DNA from: a virus
Direction: 5' to 3' (one strand)
Virus genome (UHGV): UHGV-0305822
Length of the DNA stretch: 64,000 bases
This document shows positions 18,275 to 28,402 of the stretch, one piece after another. The notes beneath the pieces are model-generated. The model searched no databases, was not told where the DNA came from, and saw only the letters and a program-made list of their open reading frames with translations. Made by a program: the position numbers and the translations under genes. Every line of letters begins with the position of its first letter. Position 1 is the first letter of the stretch.

Positions 18275-19795
18275 ATGAAGAACGTTGATGTTGCAGTAAT
18301 TTACACGGATGGTAGCCATTTGACCTCCCCGCTCGGTACAGGAGCGGGGATTCATGGATACTTATTTAATCGTGAAGCGATTGAGGATGGTCGGGTTTAC
18401 CGCCATCCCTCTATTCCCGAGGGGATTACGACGTCAGGATACCGCCAGATAAACAAGGATGAAAAACTTCCACCTTTACCAGAAACCGTGGAGTTTATTG
18501 ACGGCGTTGTGCCTGTACCAAAAATGTCACACTCCGACGTTGCAGAACTCGTGGCTTTCCTGACCGTCTTCGAACACGCACCTTTCGTTGCCAAAAACTA
18601 TGTTATCTATATCGATGCCTCTTACGTTGTCAACACGTATAACGATTGGATTGATGGTTGGGCTGCACGCGGCTGGCGTCGTGCAGACGGTACGCCTATT
18701 GCGAACTTGGAATTAATCCAACGGATGTGGGAAGTTAAACAGCGGTTAAAGAAAGAAGGGAAAGGTATCCGTGTCCTTAAAATTAAAGGGCATTCAGGAC
18801 GCTATGGAAACGAGCGTGCCGACGAGTTAGCACGGAAAGGTTCAAGTATTTCGGCTCGAGGTGATGGGTTAGACTATACACCGTATTGGTCAAAAGACGA
18901 GATGCCTGAGGAAGAACAGCAACCAGAAGTTGTTGGTGAAGGTGTCAATTTGTCTGCTTTTCCCGATATCTGTGTTACGAAGTTCTGTTACCCGATGGTG
19001 AACGAACCGCATCCCACTGTTACAGTTAACGGTAATAAACTTTATTACATGTTCGGTGGGAACCATGCAAAACAGAAGGACGATATCGTCTTCGTTGGTA
19101 AGTACATTCCAGATGCACAATTCTGCGTAATGTTTACCAAAGAACCATGGAACAACGTATACGAGTTGGTAAATACCCACTCTGCGAAAGCGTGGGAAGG
19201 GGTGCCCCGTTTACGTCAGTTTGATCCCATCGCCGTTGTTTTTAACTTATTCGTAAAACGTAAGAAGTTCGCAGAAGCCGCAGGTAACGGTATTCCTGTC
19301 GATCGGATGCATTTTAGCGAAGACAAAAACCTGTGGATGTTTGAAGATCTTTCGATTACACGAATTCTTCGTCCCGCGTTATTGTCTTATCGCTGCATTA
19401 CGATTCGTGATGAGCTTGCAGGTTGGTTACGCGATGCCATGGAGGGGAAAAACTCAGTCGTAATGAACGACATTACTGACCTGCTTTACGATGAGAAAGG
19501 TAAGCCGAAGAAAGACTTTTATCGTAACGTAGATAAAGGTTTTGACGTAACCATCCATATCCCTGGTAGCAAAAACAAGGTTAAAACCATCCTTACTCGA
19601 GGTATCGACATACCGACGCGTACGGAAATCAACCGTATGAAAGAACCAGAAGGACGATTCTACGTGGCGGTAAGGCGTCCAGAACGGCAGTATATCGAAT
19701 ATGCGTTGGTTTATATTGGGGAAAAATATCATGGGTTGTGGTGTGGCTATTATTCAAACAAACGAATATTGACGGATAAGGAGCTTGAATGCTGA
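18275..19795 (+). CDS. RNase HI-domain protein with a roughly 300-aa C-terminal extension
   Basis: N-terminal 190 aa carry RNase HI motifs IYTDGS, DASYV, WAARGWRRADGTPIANLEL and IKGHSGRYGNERADELA. Confidence 0.8.
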   Translation: MKNVDVAVIYTDGSHLTSPLGTGAGIHGYLFNREAIEDGRVYRHPSIPEGITTSGYRQINKDEKLPPLPETVEFIDGVVPVPKMSHSDVAELVAFLTVFEHAPFVAKNYVIYIDASYVVNTYNDWIDGWAARGWRRADGTPIANLELIQRMWEVKQRLKKEGKGIRVLKIKGHSGRYGNERADELARKGSSISARGDGLDYTPYWSKDEMPEEEQQPEVVGEGVNLSAFPDICVTKFCYPMVNEPHPTVTVNGNKLYYMFGGNHAKQKDDIVFVGKYIPDAQFCVMFTKEPWNNVYELVNTHSAKAWEGVPRLRQFDPIAVVFNLFVKRKKFAEAAGNGIPVDRMHFSEDKNLWMFEDLSITRILRPALLSYRCITIRDELAGWLRDAMEGKNSVVMNDITDLLYDEKGKPKKDFYRNVDKGFDVTIHIPGSKNKVKTILTRGIDIPTRTEINRMKEPEGRFYVAVRRPERQYIEYALVYIGEKYHGLWCGYYSNKRILTDKELEC

Positions 19796-20457
19796 TCGTT
19801 TATAGTGAGGTCTTGTCAAAAGCCCCTCGGTTTTTACAAACTCACTTTATGTATAACGCACGGCAGTATTGGGGCTTTAAAGCCCCTTACTCCGAAGATT
19901 GGGAAGTTGTGGAAAAGTTAGCATTTGTGTTTTCTCTTTCGTTGTTGTGGGAGATCATTGCACTATACAACGCAGGTTGTGATATCCCGGAGAACGGCTT
20001 TTTCCAACAACACCTATTCCAAAAATTCACAGCATCGGTAGAAAATCATGAAGTGCGCAAGGAGTGTATCGGCTACGCCGAGCATTCTGAAGAATTGAGA
20101 AAGATTTCCAAATTAGTTATCACGCGGACATGGGCTGAATTCGAAACTTACCCCGAAAAAATAATTTGGTTTAATCGTGAACAGTTTATTAAAGAGGCAG
20201 TCAGTCAACATCCCGTTCGATTAATCGTGTTAAAGCCGTCCGATCTCGCCTTACGCCACACCTATTCGTCTCCAGAGGAAATCGTTTTTTCCTCTGGAAC
20301 AACAGATTATGGTATTTTTAAACAAGGAGATTCTTGGATTCTTCCACACGATTTAGACGGGTATTTGCTCAGTAGCGATCAAATACATTCGGGTTATGAC
20401 TCACAGGTGAAGGAGTTTACAGTCGATCCTTTTTTCGCTAAAAATATTCTTAGATAG
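19789..20457 (+). CDS. hypothetical protein
   Basis: 222-aa ORF overlapping upstream stop by 7 nt; SD aaggag. Confidence 0.55.
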   Translation: MLIVYSEVLSKAPRFLQTHFMYNARQYWGFKAPYSEDWEVVEKLAFVFSLSLLWEIIALYNAGCDIPENGFFQQHLFQKFTASVENHEVRKECIGYAEHSEELRKISKLVITRTWAEFETYPEKIIWFNREQFIKEAVSQHPVRLIVLKPSDLALRHTYSSPEEIVFSSGTTDYGIFKQGDSWILPHDLDGYLLSSDQIHSGYDSQVKEFTVDPFFAKNILR

Positions 20458-20475
20458 ATATTATCCAGGTGTAAC
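20449..20475 (+). promoter_or_regulatory. candidate phage promoter element, copy C (CTTAGATAGATATTATCCAGGTGTAAC)
   Basis: overlaps the stop codon of the upstream gene; about 20 nt upstream of ATG 20494. Confidence 0.3.
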
Positions 20476-20493
20476 ACCATTGGAGTTATTAAA

Positions 20494-21231
20494 ATGCTAA
20501 AAGTTTATGTCCCTCAATTACAACGTATCAATCCCTCGTTGTTCGAGGGAATCTTTTATAAAATTTGGCCGCAATACTTCAATGAACATTTGAAGGACCC
20601 AAAGTGGTCAACCGTACAAGGAGAATTCTTTTATACCGCACAGACTGCCTGCACAAACGTCTTTACTCGTCTCATCGCTGAAGTTATTGAGGGCGTCAAT
20701 ACCAACCGAAACTTTGACCTTCGCGACGTCATAATAGATCTCTCAGGGGTCTTCGATAACTACGATTGTGATGACGCCGTATTCGAGCATTTCTCTTCTG
20801 AGGATGTCTGGGAAGCCGTTTATCAATGGCTAGAATACTACGTGAACTTTCTACTCTCTCCAGAGATGTTAGAAAGTTTCAATAAAGCACTCTACCCCAT
20901 TTATAACGACTTAATGAACGTTAAACGGACAAAGAACCTCGTCGGTTTCTGGTTTTCGATTTACGACGCCGAAAGCAGATTGTGGGAAAAAGAAATGATT
21001 GCTTTTGGTATCGAGCGCGGTGATTACGACGAATTGTATCGCGGTTATTGGCCCTTCGATCATCGTGAAAACAGTTGTCAAGGCAATCCGTACTTGTGGT
21101 CTTTTTATTTCTGTAATCAGACTGGTGTTATTTATCTTGAAGACGCTGGCGTACAAATCCCTAACGGTGCTGACGTAACATACTGCCAGTTACGTAAAGA
21201 CCGTGACGACATCATTTATCAGGGCTATTAA
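20494..21231 (+). CDS. hypothetical protein
   Basis: 245-aa ORF; SD ggagttattaaaATG. Confidence 0.6.
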   Translation: MLKVYVPQLQRINPSLFEGIFYKIWPQYFNEHLKDPKWSTVQGEFFYTAQTACTNVFTRLIAEVIEGVNTNRNFDLRDVIIDLSGVFDNYDCDDAVFEHFSSEDVWEAVYQWLEYYVNFLLSPEMLESFNKALYPIYNDLMNVKRTKNLVGFWFSIYDAESRLWEKEMIAFGIERGDYDELYRGYWPFDHRENSCQGNPYLWSFYFCNQTGVIYLEDAGVQIPNGADVTYCQLRKDRDDIIYQGY

Positions 21232-21232
21232 C

Positions 21233-21775
21233 ATGAAAATACTTATCGATTTCTCACTCAGTGAGTCACGGGGCAAATTAAACAAACTGTTAAGTGGGAT
21301 GCGTAGCCGCGTTGCGTTTGAACTGCACGACGCGATAGCAGTACATGAGAACAAGATTTCTGAAGAACACAGTGGGGTCGAAATTACTATCCTGGATTCA
21401 GAAGCGATGGTGAATAATCTCATTGAACAGTTAGAGCGAAAAATCCATTCGGCCATGACATACCCACATTTGGTGCGGGTAACTGATCCCGATACGGATA
21501 TTCACCTGATTCTTGAGAAAGCCTTTCTACATGCCGCGCATTACTTACAGAATAATGCTCCAGATACCCTCGATGAAGTGTATGTCGCCATATTGCAGCG
21601 ACAATCTTCAACGACGGATATAATAGACACAACGTGTTGGAGCGATATTCTTACCAACGAAACAATGTCCCGTATCCGGGATATTTTCCTTGAGACACTC
21701 GGGTTAGTTGAGAAAATCTGCCATGCCGAGCTCATCTACCTGTCATCAAAATACGGTCAACCTAAAGGAGTATAA
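21233..21775 (+). CDS. hypothetical protein
   Basis: ATG 21233 (MKILIDF) immediately after upstream stop; track ORF starts at 21203. Confidence 0.5.
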   Translation: MKILIDFSLSESRGKLNKLLSGMRSRVAFELHDAIAVHENKISEEHSGVEITILDSEAMVNNLIEQLERKIHSAMTYPHLVRVTDPDTDIHLILEKAFLHAAHYLQNNAPDTLDEVYVAILQRQSSTTDIIDTTCWSDILTNETMSRIRDIFLETLGLVEKICHAELIYLSSKYGQPKGV

Positions 21776-21777
21776 TC

Positions 21778-22302
21778 GTGGATATTTTAATTCAGCTTCG
21801 TAAGAAAACAACCATTGCCACACCGATAGCGCTAGAGGAGAAAATCTCTGGCGCAGTTGCACGCAAGCTCTGTGGTGCTCATGGCTTTAGCGACCATCAG
21901 GAGCGGGTCGTTACTGTCGCCACATTACACAACTTACGTCACACAGTGCATTACTGTTTAGTTGACAACGTCACCATCACTCTTGATGATAACGTAAATG
22001 TCGACCAACTGCGACGCGAAATTGTCCACAAGATCGAGGCTTACAATAGACGTTTCGATCGGGCGTGTACGCGTTTAACTAATGACGAGGCACTACGAAA
22101 ACGTTTGAAACTTGAAATCGAATATGCAGCGCAACGATACGGGATTGGCGGTACCGAACCGTGTCTGACTGAACAAGAAATCACGTTAGCAATTGAGGTT
22201 TATACCACTCTCTGTTGCGCCATCCTAAAAGAGACCAACCACGAAATTACAAAAGCGTTGTTAAACACCGCAGACAAACTCTCCCCAATTTTAGGACAAT
22301 AA
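21778..22302 (+). CDS. hypothetical protein
   Basis: 174-aa ORF, GTG start after cctaaaggagtataatc. Confidence 0.55.
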   Translation: MDILIQLRKKTTIATPIALEEKISGAVARKLCGAHGFSDHQERVVTVATLHNLRHTVHYCLVDNVTITLDDNVNVDQLRREIVHKIEAYNRRFDRACTRLTNDEALRKRLKLEIEYAAQRYGIGGTEPCLTEQEITLAIEVYTTLCCAILKETNHEITKALLNTADKLSPILGQ

Positions 22303-22303
22303 A

Positions 22304-22792
22304 ATGAACGTAAATGATATTATCAATCTTAGTAAAAGTGATATTGTGCACGAATTTCTCAATCACGGTGCGCGTGTAAGAAAAGAAATTGAAGAAAAGT
22401 TGACCCCAATGGTTGCTTCCACTCCTTGGATGGCAGGATACGCCGCTGCCTACTTCAGTTGCCAGAGCGGAAAAGCATACATAGCTAACCTGTTTGATTT
22501 CTTCAATCCATCAAACGACCACATAACAGAAACAGACGTTCGACAACGCCTTCGCGATTGCCGGTATCAGTTCTTAAGAAATGTTACTGATGCGTACAAT
22601 TTAGAGCAATTTCCTACACCGATTGTTCCCTATACAGAACCGGAATGGGAAAATTTTTATAGACGAATTTGGATTGGTGGGTCTTACGTGGCAGATATAA
22701 TGGAAATCATCGAACGTAGTGAAAACCAACTTGCTCTGCAACTATGGGAGTGGTTAAAAGCTAATTATCCTGATTACGTCAAAATCGACTAA
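22304..22792 (+). CDS. hypothetical protein
   Basis: 162-aa ORF directly following the upstream stop. Confidence 0.6.
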   Translation: MNVNDIINLSKSDIVHEFLNHGARVRKEIEEKLTPMVASTPWMAGYAAAYFSCQSGKAYIANLFDFFNPSNDHITETDVRQRLRDCRYQFLRNVTDAYNLEQFPTPIVPYTEPEWENFYRRIWIGGSYVADIMEIIERSENQLALQLWEWLKANYPDYVKID

Positions 22793-22796
22793 TACA

Positions 22797-22830
22797 CACC
22801 CTAGCTTCGGCTAGGGTTACTTTATTTTTA
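22797..22830 (+). terminator. intrinsic terminator
   Basis: ccctagcttcggctaggg hairpin followed by ttactttattttt. Confidence 0.65.
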
Positions 22831-22851
22831 ACCATTTTAGGAGAATAAACC

Positions 22852-23778
22852 ATGTATTTGTACAAAAGTAAAAAAGTAAAAGGTATTAAAGACTGCCTTA
22901 GACAAATGGGGTCTCAGCATCTTGAAAATGTCATGGAAGAAAACCGAATAAAGGAAAATCCTGTCTCGAAATGGATAAAAAAGAATCGTAACCATTTAAC
23001 CAATGCCTTTATACCTTACGACGCTGAGTTAGGTCTCAAAGATCCCCGTTCCCTTCACGCACAAACATTGGCAATTGGATGGCTATACGGTGGTGCTTCC
23101 TTAATATCCAACCAAGCACTTAGAGAACTTGTTTTCGAGACTGAGATGCCCAGTAAATTCCCTGAAGAATGGTTGGACTTTATACCTACTTGGACTGTGG
23201 CAATCGACGTAGGTAAAGAGGATGAGACTTTCTTTCTCGGCTATCGAAAAAACGGGAAGAGAAGGTTTATCATAATTGCCACAAATACTGATTACGGGTT
23301 AACAGAAGGCGTTACCACAATTGCCACTTGTTCGTTAGAGCTTCGTAGTGCAGGGAACGGGCTTGTGGAAATCGACTATGCCGACGGTGTGGAAAACGAA
23401 CAAGAAAAGATGTTGTGGTTATCTCTGGCCAAAGCCGCCACTTCGATGATATTTCTGTGCACGCTAATCCCGCCTAACTACAGGGAGACTTTTAATGATA
23501 TTAAGTTCAAGGAAATCAAAAAGAACGGTAGTATTAGTTACGACGTTAAACCTCGTGAACGCGATGTTAAGATAGATATCACGCCAGGACAAGTGAATTA
23601 TCTAAAAGGGTTTAACACTGACTTGAAAACCATGCAGGGTATCAAACATGCTAAGGCTGCCCACATCCGTCGCGCACACTGGCGCAGATATTGGGTCGGC
23701 CCTAGAAATGGTGAAAGAAAGAGAAAACTTTGTTGGATTCCACCTACCTTTGTCCGTGGCTACGTACCCCACAATTAA
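22852..23778 (+). CDS. hypothetical protein, tandem paralog family (C-terminal HIRRAHW motif)
   Basis: 308 aa; C-terminus AAHIRRAHWRRYWVGP...WIPPTFVRGY resembles the next ORF. Confidence 0.65.
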   Translation: MYLYKSKKVKGIKDCLRQMGSQHLENVMEENRIKENPVSKWIKKNRNHLTNAFIPYDAELGLKDPRSLHAQTLAIGWLYGGASLISNQALRELVFETEMPSKFPEEWLDFIPTWTVAIDVGKEDETFFLGYRKNGKRRFIIIATNTDYGLTEGVTTIATCSLELRSAGNGLVEIDYADGVENEQEKMLWLSLAKAATSMIFLCTLIPPNYRETFNDIKFKEIKKNGSISYDVKPRERDVKIDITPGQVNYLKGFNTDLKTMQGIKHAKAAHIRRAHWRRYWVGPRNGERKRKLCWIPPTFVRGYVPHN

Positions 23779-23802
23779 GCTAAAGTGTTTAGGAGTATTA
23801 AA

Positions 23803-24702
23803 ATGACAACGAATAATAGACTTTACGGGAAAGCGCTAAGACGCATGAGTGAACAAATAGAAAAGGCACACCAAACAATTCACGGATTAGATCAGTGTCG
23901 CTTTATTCGGTTCATTAACGAGCATAAACGTCAAATACCCGTAACGTTTATGCCAGTTAAAGATCCGACCTATCGTGAGTATGGCGTTACCGAACAGATT
24001 CCCAGACTGATTAAGCAGTCTCTGGGACTAGGATGGCAATACGCTGCTGTTGAAATCATCTCGGATGAAGAACTGATGGCGCTCTTAGCAAAAACTGAGA
24101 GACTAAAAAATATCCCGTACTTCTGGATAGAAACCATCCCTTCATTTACTTTCTCGGTTACTGTAAATCTCGACGAATGTCCAATCACGTTATTTATCGG
24201 AAGACGTCTTTACGAAGGTGAAGAAGTTCTCTTTGTGATGTCATGCGAAGAACATGACGAGTCGGTATACATGGAGTTTGAGATTTACACGATCGATAAA
24301 AGTAATGATGATTTCGTGGAGTTAAAGCCGCTCCTTACTTCGGTTAAGGAGAATCAACGACTACTCGACGCCGTCTATATCGGGCTATATCTTTCATCAC
24401 GAATTAAGCGAACCGAACGCGAGAAGAAAGAATTTCGCGGAAGGTCCATTCGTTATGTTCCTGATACAGAAATTCGCCCACGTAGTGAAGCAGTCGTTTT
24501 AGATGTAAGTCCGGTACAATGGGAAGATATAGAGCAGCAACGCAAGGAAGGACACGAGGTTTGTTTGGCGATTTATTGTGCCGCACATATCCGTCGTGCG
24601 CATTGGAAGCGTGTATGGTGTGGTAAAATGTCAGAAATGCGCTGGCGCGAATGGCGATGGATAGCGCCGAGTTACATTTCTGGATTTTATCGTGGGAAAT
24701 AA
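23803..24702 (+). CDS. hypothetical protein, tandem paralog of 22852..23778
   Basis: ATG 23803 after tttaggagtattaaa; C-terminus AAHIRRAHWKRVWCG...WIAPSYISGFY; shared LGWxY motif near N-terminus. Confidence 0.65.
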   Translation: MTTNNRLYGKALRRMSEQIEKAHQTIHGLDQCRFIRFINEHKRQIPVTFMPVKDPTYREYGVTEQIPRLIKQSLGLGWQYAAVEIISDEELMALLAKTERLKNIPYFWIETIPSFTFSVTVNLDECPITLFIGRRLYEGEEVLFVMSCEEHDESVYMEFEIYTIDKSNDDFVELKPLLTSVKENQRLLDAVYIGLYLSSRIKRTEREKKEFRGRSIRYVPDTEIRPRSEAVVLDVSPVQWEDIEQQRKEGHEVCLAIYCAAHIRRAHWKRVWCGKMSEMRWREWRWIAPSYISGFYRGK

Positions 24703-24705
24703 ATA

Positions 24706-24760
24706 GTTTACCCCTAGACCGTGTGGTCTAGGGGTAACTTTACTTTTTTTTATTTTTTGT
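24706..24760. terminator. bidirectional intrinsic terminator
   Basis: ttacccctagaccgtgtggtctaggggtaa hairpin followed by a long T-run; the minus gene ends at 24750. Confidence 0.6.
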
Positions 24761-25505
24761 TTGCCTTAAGCGCTTTTAAGCGTTCGGCAGTAACGTTCAG
24801 GCATTCGATTAACTCGTTAACCTGTTTCATGAACAGACCAAACAGCTCCACCCAATCGGACGCAAAATCTAACATCATCGTCAGTTCTTTTGCTACATTC
24901 GGATGAATGTTTTGTTCAGACAAGATTTCCGACGTAGTGCGAATGGACTCGATTGACTTGTCGATGTTCGTCCGTAAACGTTTCGTAATTTCAACGTTCA
25001 GGGCTTTAGCACGATTGAACGCAACGTCAATCTCAGACGCGCTGTGGTACGTCTTCTCAATTGGTCGCTGGTCAATAACGTTATTAGTGTACGATTTCGC
25101 TAATAAGTTAACCAGGTCTTTCGGGTTAACATTACGTAACGGCAAATTAACGTTTTTATAACGGAAACCAATCGGTAATGACAGTACCCCCACATCATGT
25201 GTAAGGGCCGAAAGTTGTTTATCGACCGGCAGCAGAATACCCGTATAGATGTTTTGTAGTGAACTCCATACGGATTCTAAGCGGTTCAAGTGATCCATCA
25301 CGTAGGTATTAAACCCAGGTGGGACGATAACCAACATTCCCGCAAAGTGTAGGAATTTTTCTTGTTGCATCCACTTGGAAACGTCCGACATCTCGTCATA
25401 AGTGGTTAATGCAATCTCTTGTTGAGGGCCGCTAAACCCTTTCGGTAAGATTGCAGACGCTTTAGCGGCGAAGCTAGATAACGCTGCAAGTGGATTTACA
25501 TTCAT
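24750..25505 (-). CDS. hypothetical protein
   Basis: 251-aa minus-strand ORF; SD gaggt upstream on the minus strand. Confidence 0.6.
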   Translation of the reverse strand: MNVNPLAALSSFAAKASAILPKGFSGPQQEIALTTYDEMSDVSKWMQQEKFLHFAGMLVIVPPGFNTYVMDHLNRLESVWSSLQNIYTGILLPVDKQLSALTHDVGVLSLPIGFRYKNVNLPLRNVNPKDLVNLLAKSYTNNVIDQRPIEKTYHSASEIDVAFNRAKALNVEITKRLRTNIDKSIESIRTTSEILSEQNIHPNVAKELTMMLDFASDWVELFGLFMKQVNELIECLNVTAERLKALKANKK

Positions 25506-25603
25506 TCTAAAACCTCGGATTATAAGTCAGGGTTACATAGTAAAGTCTTTTTACAGTTCACCCAAACCTTATGACCGAGACTCTTCCATAAAGGTAAAGC
25601 TCG

Positions 25604-25903
25604 ATGAAAATCAAATTACTGACTCGAAACACCACACCGCGTTTAGAACCGGAAATTTATCTGACGCCTGTTAAAAAAGGTCAGAACGGTAAACCTATTC
25701 AAGTTGGAAAAGTCTTGAGCGTAACGTCGTGCCCGAGCGGTAAACGTGTTATGGAACTGGAAATTGACGAGCGTAACAAACGCCGTTTCGAGTCTATTGA
25801 AAACCCTTATCCTGAAAATGCGGAAGAAGTTACTGAGTGGGTAGAGACCTACTTTGAATTCTGGCACAACCGCCGTCTTCTTCTTCCGACCAAGAATCGT
25901 TAA
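25604..25903 (+). CDS. hypothetical protein
   Basis: 99-aa ORF. Confidence 0.5.
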   Translation: MKIKLLTRNTTPRLEPEIYLTPVKKGQNGKPIQVGKVLSVTSCPSGKRVMELEIDERNKRRFESIENPYPENAEEVTEWVETYFEFWHNRRLLLPTKNR

Positions 25904-25918
25904 TTATCGGAGCGCTAA

Positions 25919-27415
25919 ATGGCAGGCCCAACTAAGCAAGTTATCGGTGAAGTAATTCGTCCACGTTTTAACGTTTACACCATCATGGATCATGCCTTAG
26001 GTAACTACGAAAAAGGTGAAGATGGTTTGTACTACCTTAACGGTGGTTTTGCCCACATCATGGGTTTCGCAGGTCGCGGTAACACCTTTAAATCCACCTT
26101 GTTAGATTTCTGTATTTTCCAAATCCTGCAACGTTATAAAGCAGAGTGGGGTTCTAAGTACGATACAGAAGTGTCCGCTGCCCTCGATCGTTTAGAAACT
26201 GGGTACATCTCTGCCATGAACGCCAACGGTATCGACGACGGAACATCCGTACTGGAGCTTATCCACGAAGGTCGTTATAACCTGGTCGGTTCTGACGTAA
26301 TGCCCGGGGAACAGTATTACAGTGATTATATTCGTGATGAAGTTGAAAAACGCTTCAAACAGTATATGTCTGGTAAGACCCGCGTAACACCGTTCCCCGA
26401 TCCGGTTCGTCGTAAGTTAAAAGAAATCCTGGACCCCTGGCTTTATTCTATCGACTCCCTGTCAGAGTGGCATTCCAGTTCGCTGGAAGACAAGCACGCA
26501 AAAACGGATATCGGGGATTCTGATCAGAACATCCTGAACGCCCACGATGCGCTGCAAAAATCGAATATGATGAGCCGCTGGCCGTCTGCGTTTGCACGCG
26601 GTGGTTTTTACATGGGCTTCGTGGCACAGATGGCCGATGACTCTGGGAAAGCGATGGCGGGTGGCCGACAGGCACAAAAAGCAAATGCGAAAATTCTCGA
26701 CGACGCCAACGACGATCTAAAATTCGCAGGTATTCCTCGCCGTCAGCTTAGCTTCTTAACAAACTCTTTTATCGTCGCGACGAAATCAGGGGAACTGAAG
26801 AAAGACCAGAGCTATAACGCACAGACCGGTGTTAACGAAGAACTTTATCCGACGTCACGTTCTAAAGCGATGAATGCGTCGGTAAACGACTTGAAGATTA
26901 TCACCTTTACCCAGTATCGTGCGAAGGGTGGTCACACCGGTGTGAAATTCCAGATGATCTTCTCTCAGGAAATGGGTCTGTTGTATCACCTGAGCCTGTG
27001 GCATTATTTAAGTGACACGCTGAAGAAGTCAGACTTTGGTTTCACATCAAGCGGTAGTGGAGGTTCCATCAAAGAACTTGACATTCTACCTGGTGTGAAA
27101 TTCCAACGCACGACAATCCGTGATATGATTTCTGATAACGCACGCTTACGTCGCGCTTTAGAAATCACTGCGGCAATTGCGTATATGCAAAACAACTACC
27201 ATCGTCTTGAAATGAAGTATCATCTCAGCATGGGTGAGATTTACAAACTGATTGACGAGAAGTGGGACTGGAATGAAATTCTGGATAACACGGTAGAATA
27301 CTGGATGTTTAAAGACCAGGAAACCAAAGGCGGTAAACGTACACTGACTGCACGTACCATTCTGGGTATGGCTGTTGATGGACTAGAACCGAAGTTCCTG
27401 ACGAAAAAGAAATAA
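25919..27415 (+). CDS. UvsX/RecA-like recombinase (tentative)
   Basis: segment MGFAGRGNTFKSTLL resembles the deviant T4 UvsX P-loop LAGPSKSFKSNF; LYSIDSLSEW resembles UvsX VVFIDSLGNL; by-eye comparison from memory. Confidence 0.5.
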   Translation: MAGPTKQVIGEVIRPRFNVYTIMDHALGNYEKGEDGLYYLNGGFAHIMGFAGRGNTFKSTLLDFCIFQILQRYKAEWGSKYDTEVSAALDRLETGYISAMNANGIDDGTSVLELIHEGRYNLVGSDVMPGEQYYSDYIRDEVEKRFKQYMSGKTRVTPFPDPVRRKLKEILDPWLYSIDSLSEWHSSSLEDKHAKTDIGDSDQNILNAHDALQKSNMMSRWPSAFARGGFYMGFVAQMADDSGKAMAGGRQAQKANAKILDDANDDLKFAGIPRRQLSFLTNSFIVATKSGELKKDQSYNAQTGVNEELYPTSRSKAMNASVNDLKIITFTQYRAKGGHTGVKFQMIFSQEMGLLYHLSLWHYLSDTLKKSDFGFTSSGSGGSIKELDILPGVKFQRTTIRDMISDNARLRRALEITAAIAYMQNNYHRLEMKYHLSMGEIYKLIDEKWDWNEILDNTVEYWMFKDQETKGGKRTLTARTILGMAVDGLEPKFLTKKK

Positions 27416-27422
27416 ATAGGCT

Positions 27423-27444
27423 CGGGTAGGGTAAACCCTACCCG
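27423..27444 (+). other. intergenic stem-loop without U-tract
   Basis: cgggtagggtaaaccctacccg perfect hairpin between stop 27415 and the SD of the next gene. Confidence 0.3.
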
Positions 27445-27459
27445 ACCTAAGGAGTCATC

Positions 27460-27759
27460 ATGCGTTATCAAACGGAGATTGTGGAACGCTTAAGTGAAGG
27501 ATTGGCAAGTGTTAATTTAGAAACAGCGGCCGAATTTCGTGAAGCCTTCACTCACCCGTTTCCCGATCTGGAATCCTTTTGTTTAAAGGTCGCTGAGTAT
27601 TACTCGAATCTATTAGTACGTTACGGGTATGCGCCAGTACGTTCCGAACTTCCTGAAAACACGGAAGCTATCAGCTACTGGATTGACCTGCTTGAAGCAG
27701 AAACGTTATCCAATTTACGTAAGGCGGTAGACAATGAAACTCGAACCAGCGCGGCGTAA
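27460..27759 (+). CDS. hypothetical protein
   Basis: 99-aa ORF; SD taaggag. Confidence 0.5.
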   Translation: MRYQTEIVERLSEGLASVNLETAAEFREAFTHPFPDLESFCLKVAEYYSNLLVRYGYAPVRSELPENTEAISYWIDLLEAETLSNLRKAVDNETRTSAA

Positions 27760-28402
27760 AAAGGCGGAAGCCTACGCCTTACAAATCTTAAAGTTGGTAG
27801 ACCCTTCTGGCATTAATGCCGAAGCCGCGAAGAAAGCCTTCGCACGAATGACCGACGAACAGTTTAACCGACTTCGTAACGGTTTGCCTATTTACAACCC
27901 GGTGGGAAGTAAAGTCGAAATTGACCACCTGCGCAATATCGAGGTGTGCAAAATTCTCGGGGTAAACCTGGAGCAACGACTCTGGTTAACAGAACCAAAA
28001 ACGGGTGTTTATCACCGTACTCGTTACCCTCACTTAGTCTTACGCTTGCCTGTCCGTCGTCAGACACAGATGCAAGAAAAGAAAATGGCGGTTGCGAAAA
28101 ACGACAAAGTTCGCGATAAGCTCTCCGGTCAAGTCGTCGGACCTTCCAAAGCATCCGGGGTGTCCTTCCCAGAGGCATACATCATGTACTCCGATGGTCA
28201 CGACTGGACACTGAAAGAGTTCTTGTGGGCGCGTGGTGGTAACGACGCACTACAACGTGCTTTCTATCAATCGCTGCGCCAAACCGGTAAAGGGCGTATT
28301 GATTTGCCTGGAGCGGAGCGAACAAGTTCTAAAGCAACGCGTACGTGGTCGGCGTACCTAAAAGCGATGCATATCGGTAACAACATAGGCCATCCGTCAT
28401 GA
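27734..28402 (+). CDS. hypothetical protein
   Basis: 222-aa ORF overlapping the upstream gene by 26 nt. Confidence 0.5.
   Translation: MKLEPARRKKAEAYALQILKLVDPSGINAEAAKKAFARMTDEQFNRLRNGLPIYNPVGSKVEIDHLRNIEVCKILGVNLEQRLWLTEPKTGVYHRTRYPHLVLRLPVRRQTQMQEKKMAVAKNDKVRDKLSGQVVGPSKASGVSFPEAYIMYSDGHDWTLKEFLWARGGNDALQRAFYQSLRQTGKGRIDLPGAERTSSKATRTWSAYLKAMHIGNNIGHPS

Noticed and set aside
25919-27415. Capsid or other structural protein assignment for the 498-aa ORF
   Set aside because: The deviant P-loop-like GRGNTFKS and the IDSL segment fit a UvsX/RecA-like ATPase better than a structural protein; kept as tentative recombinase.
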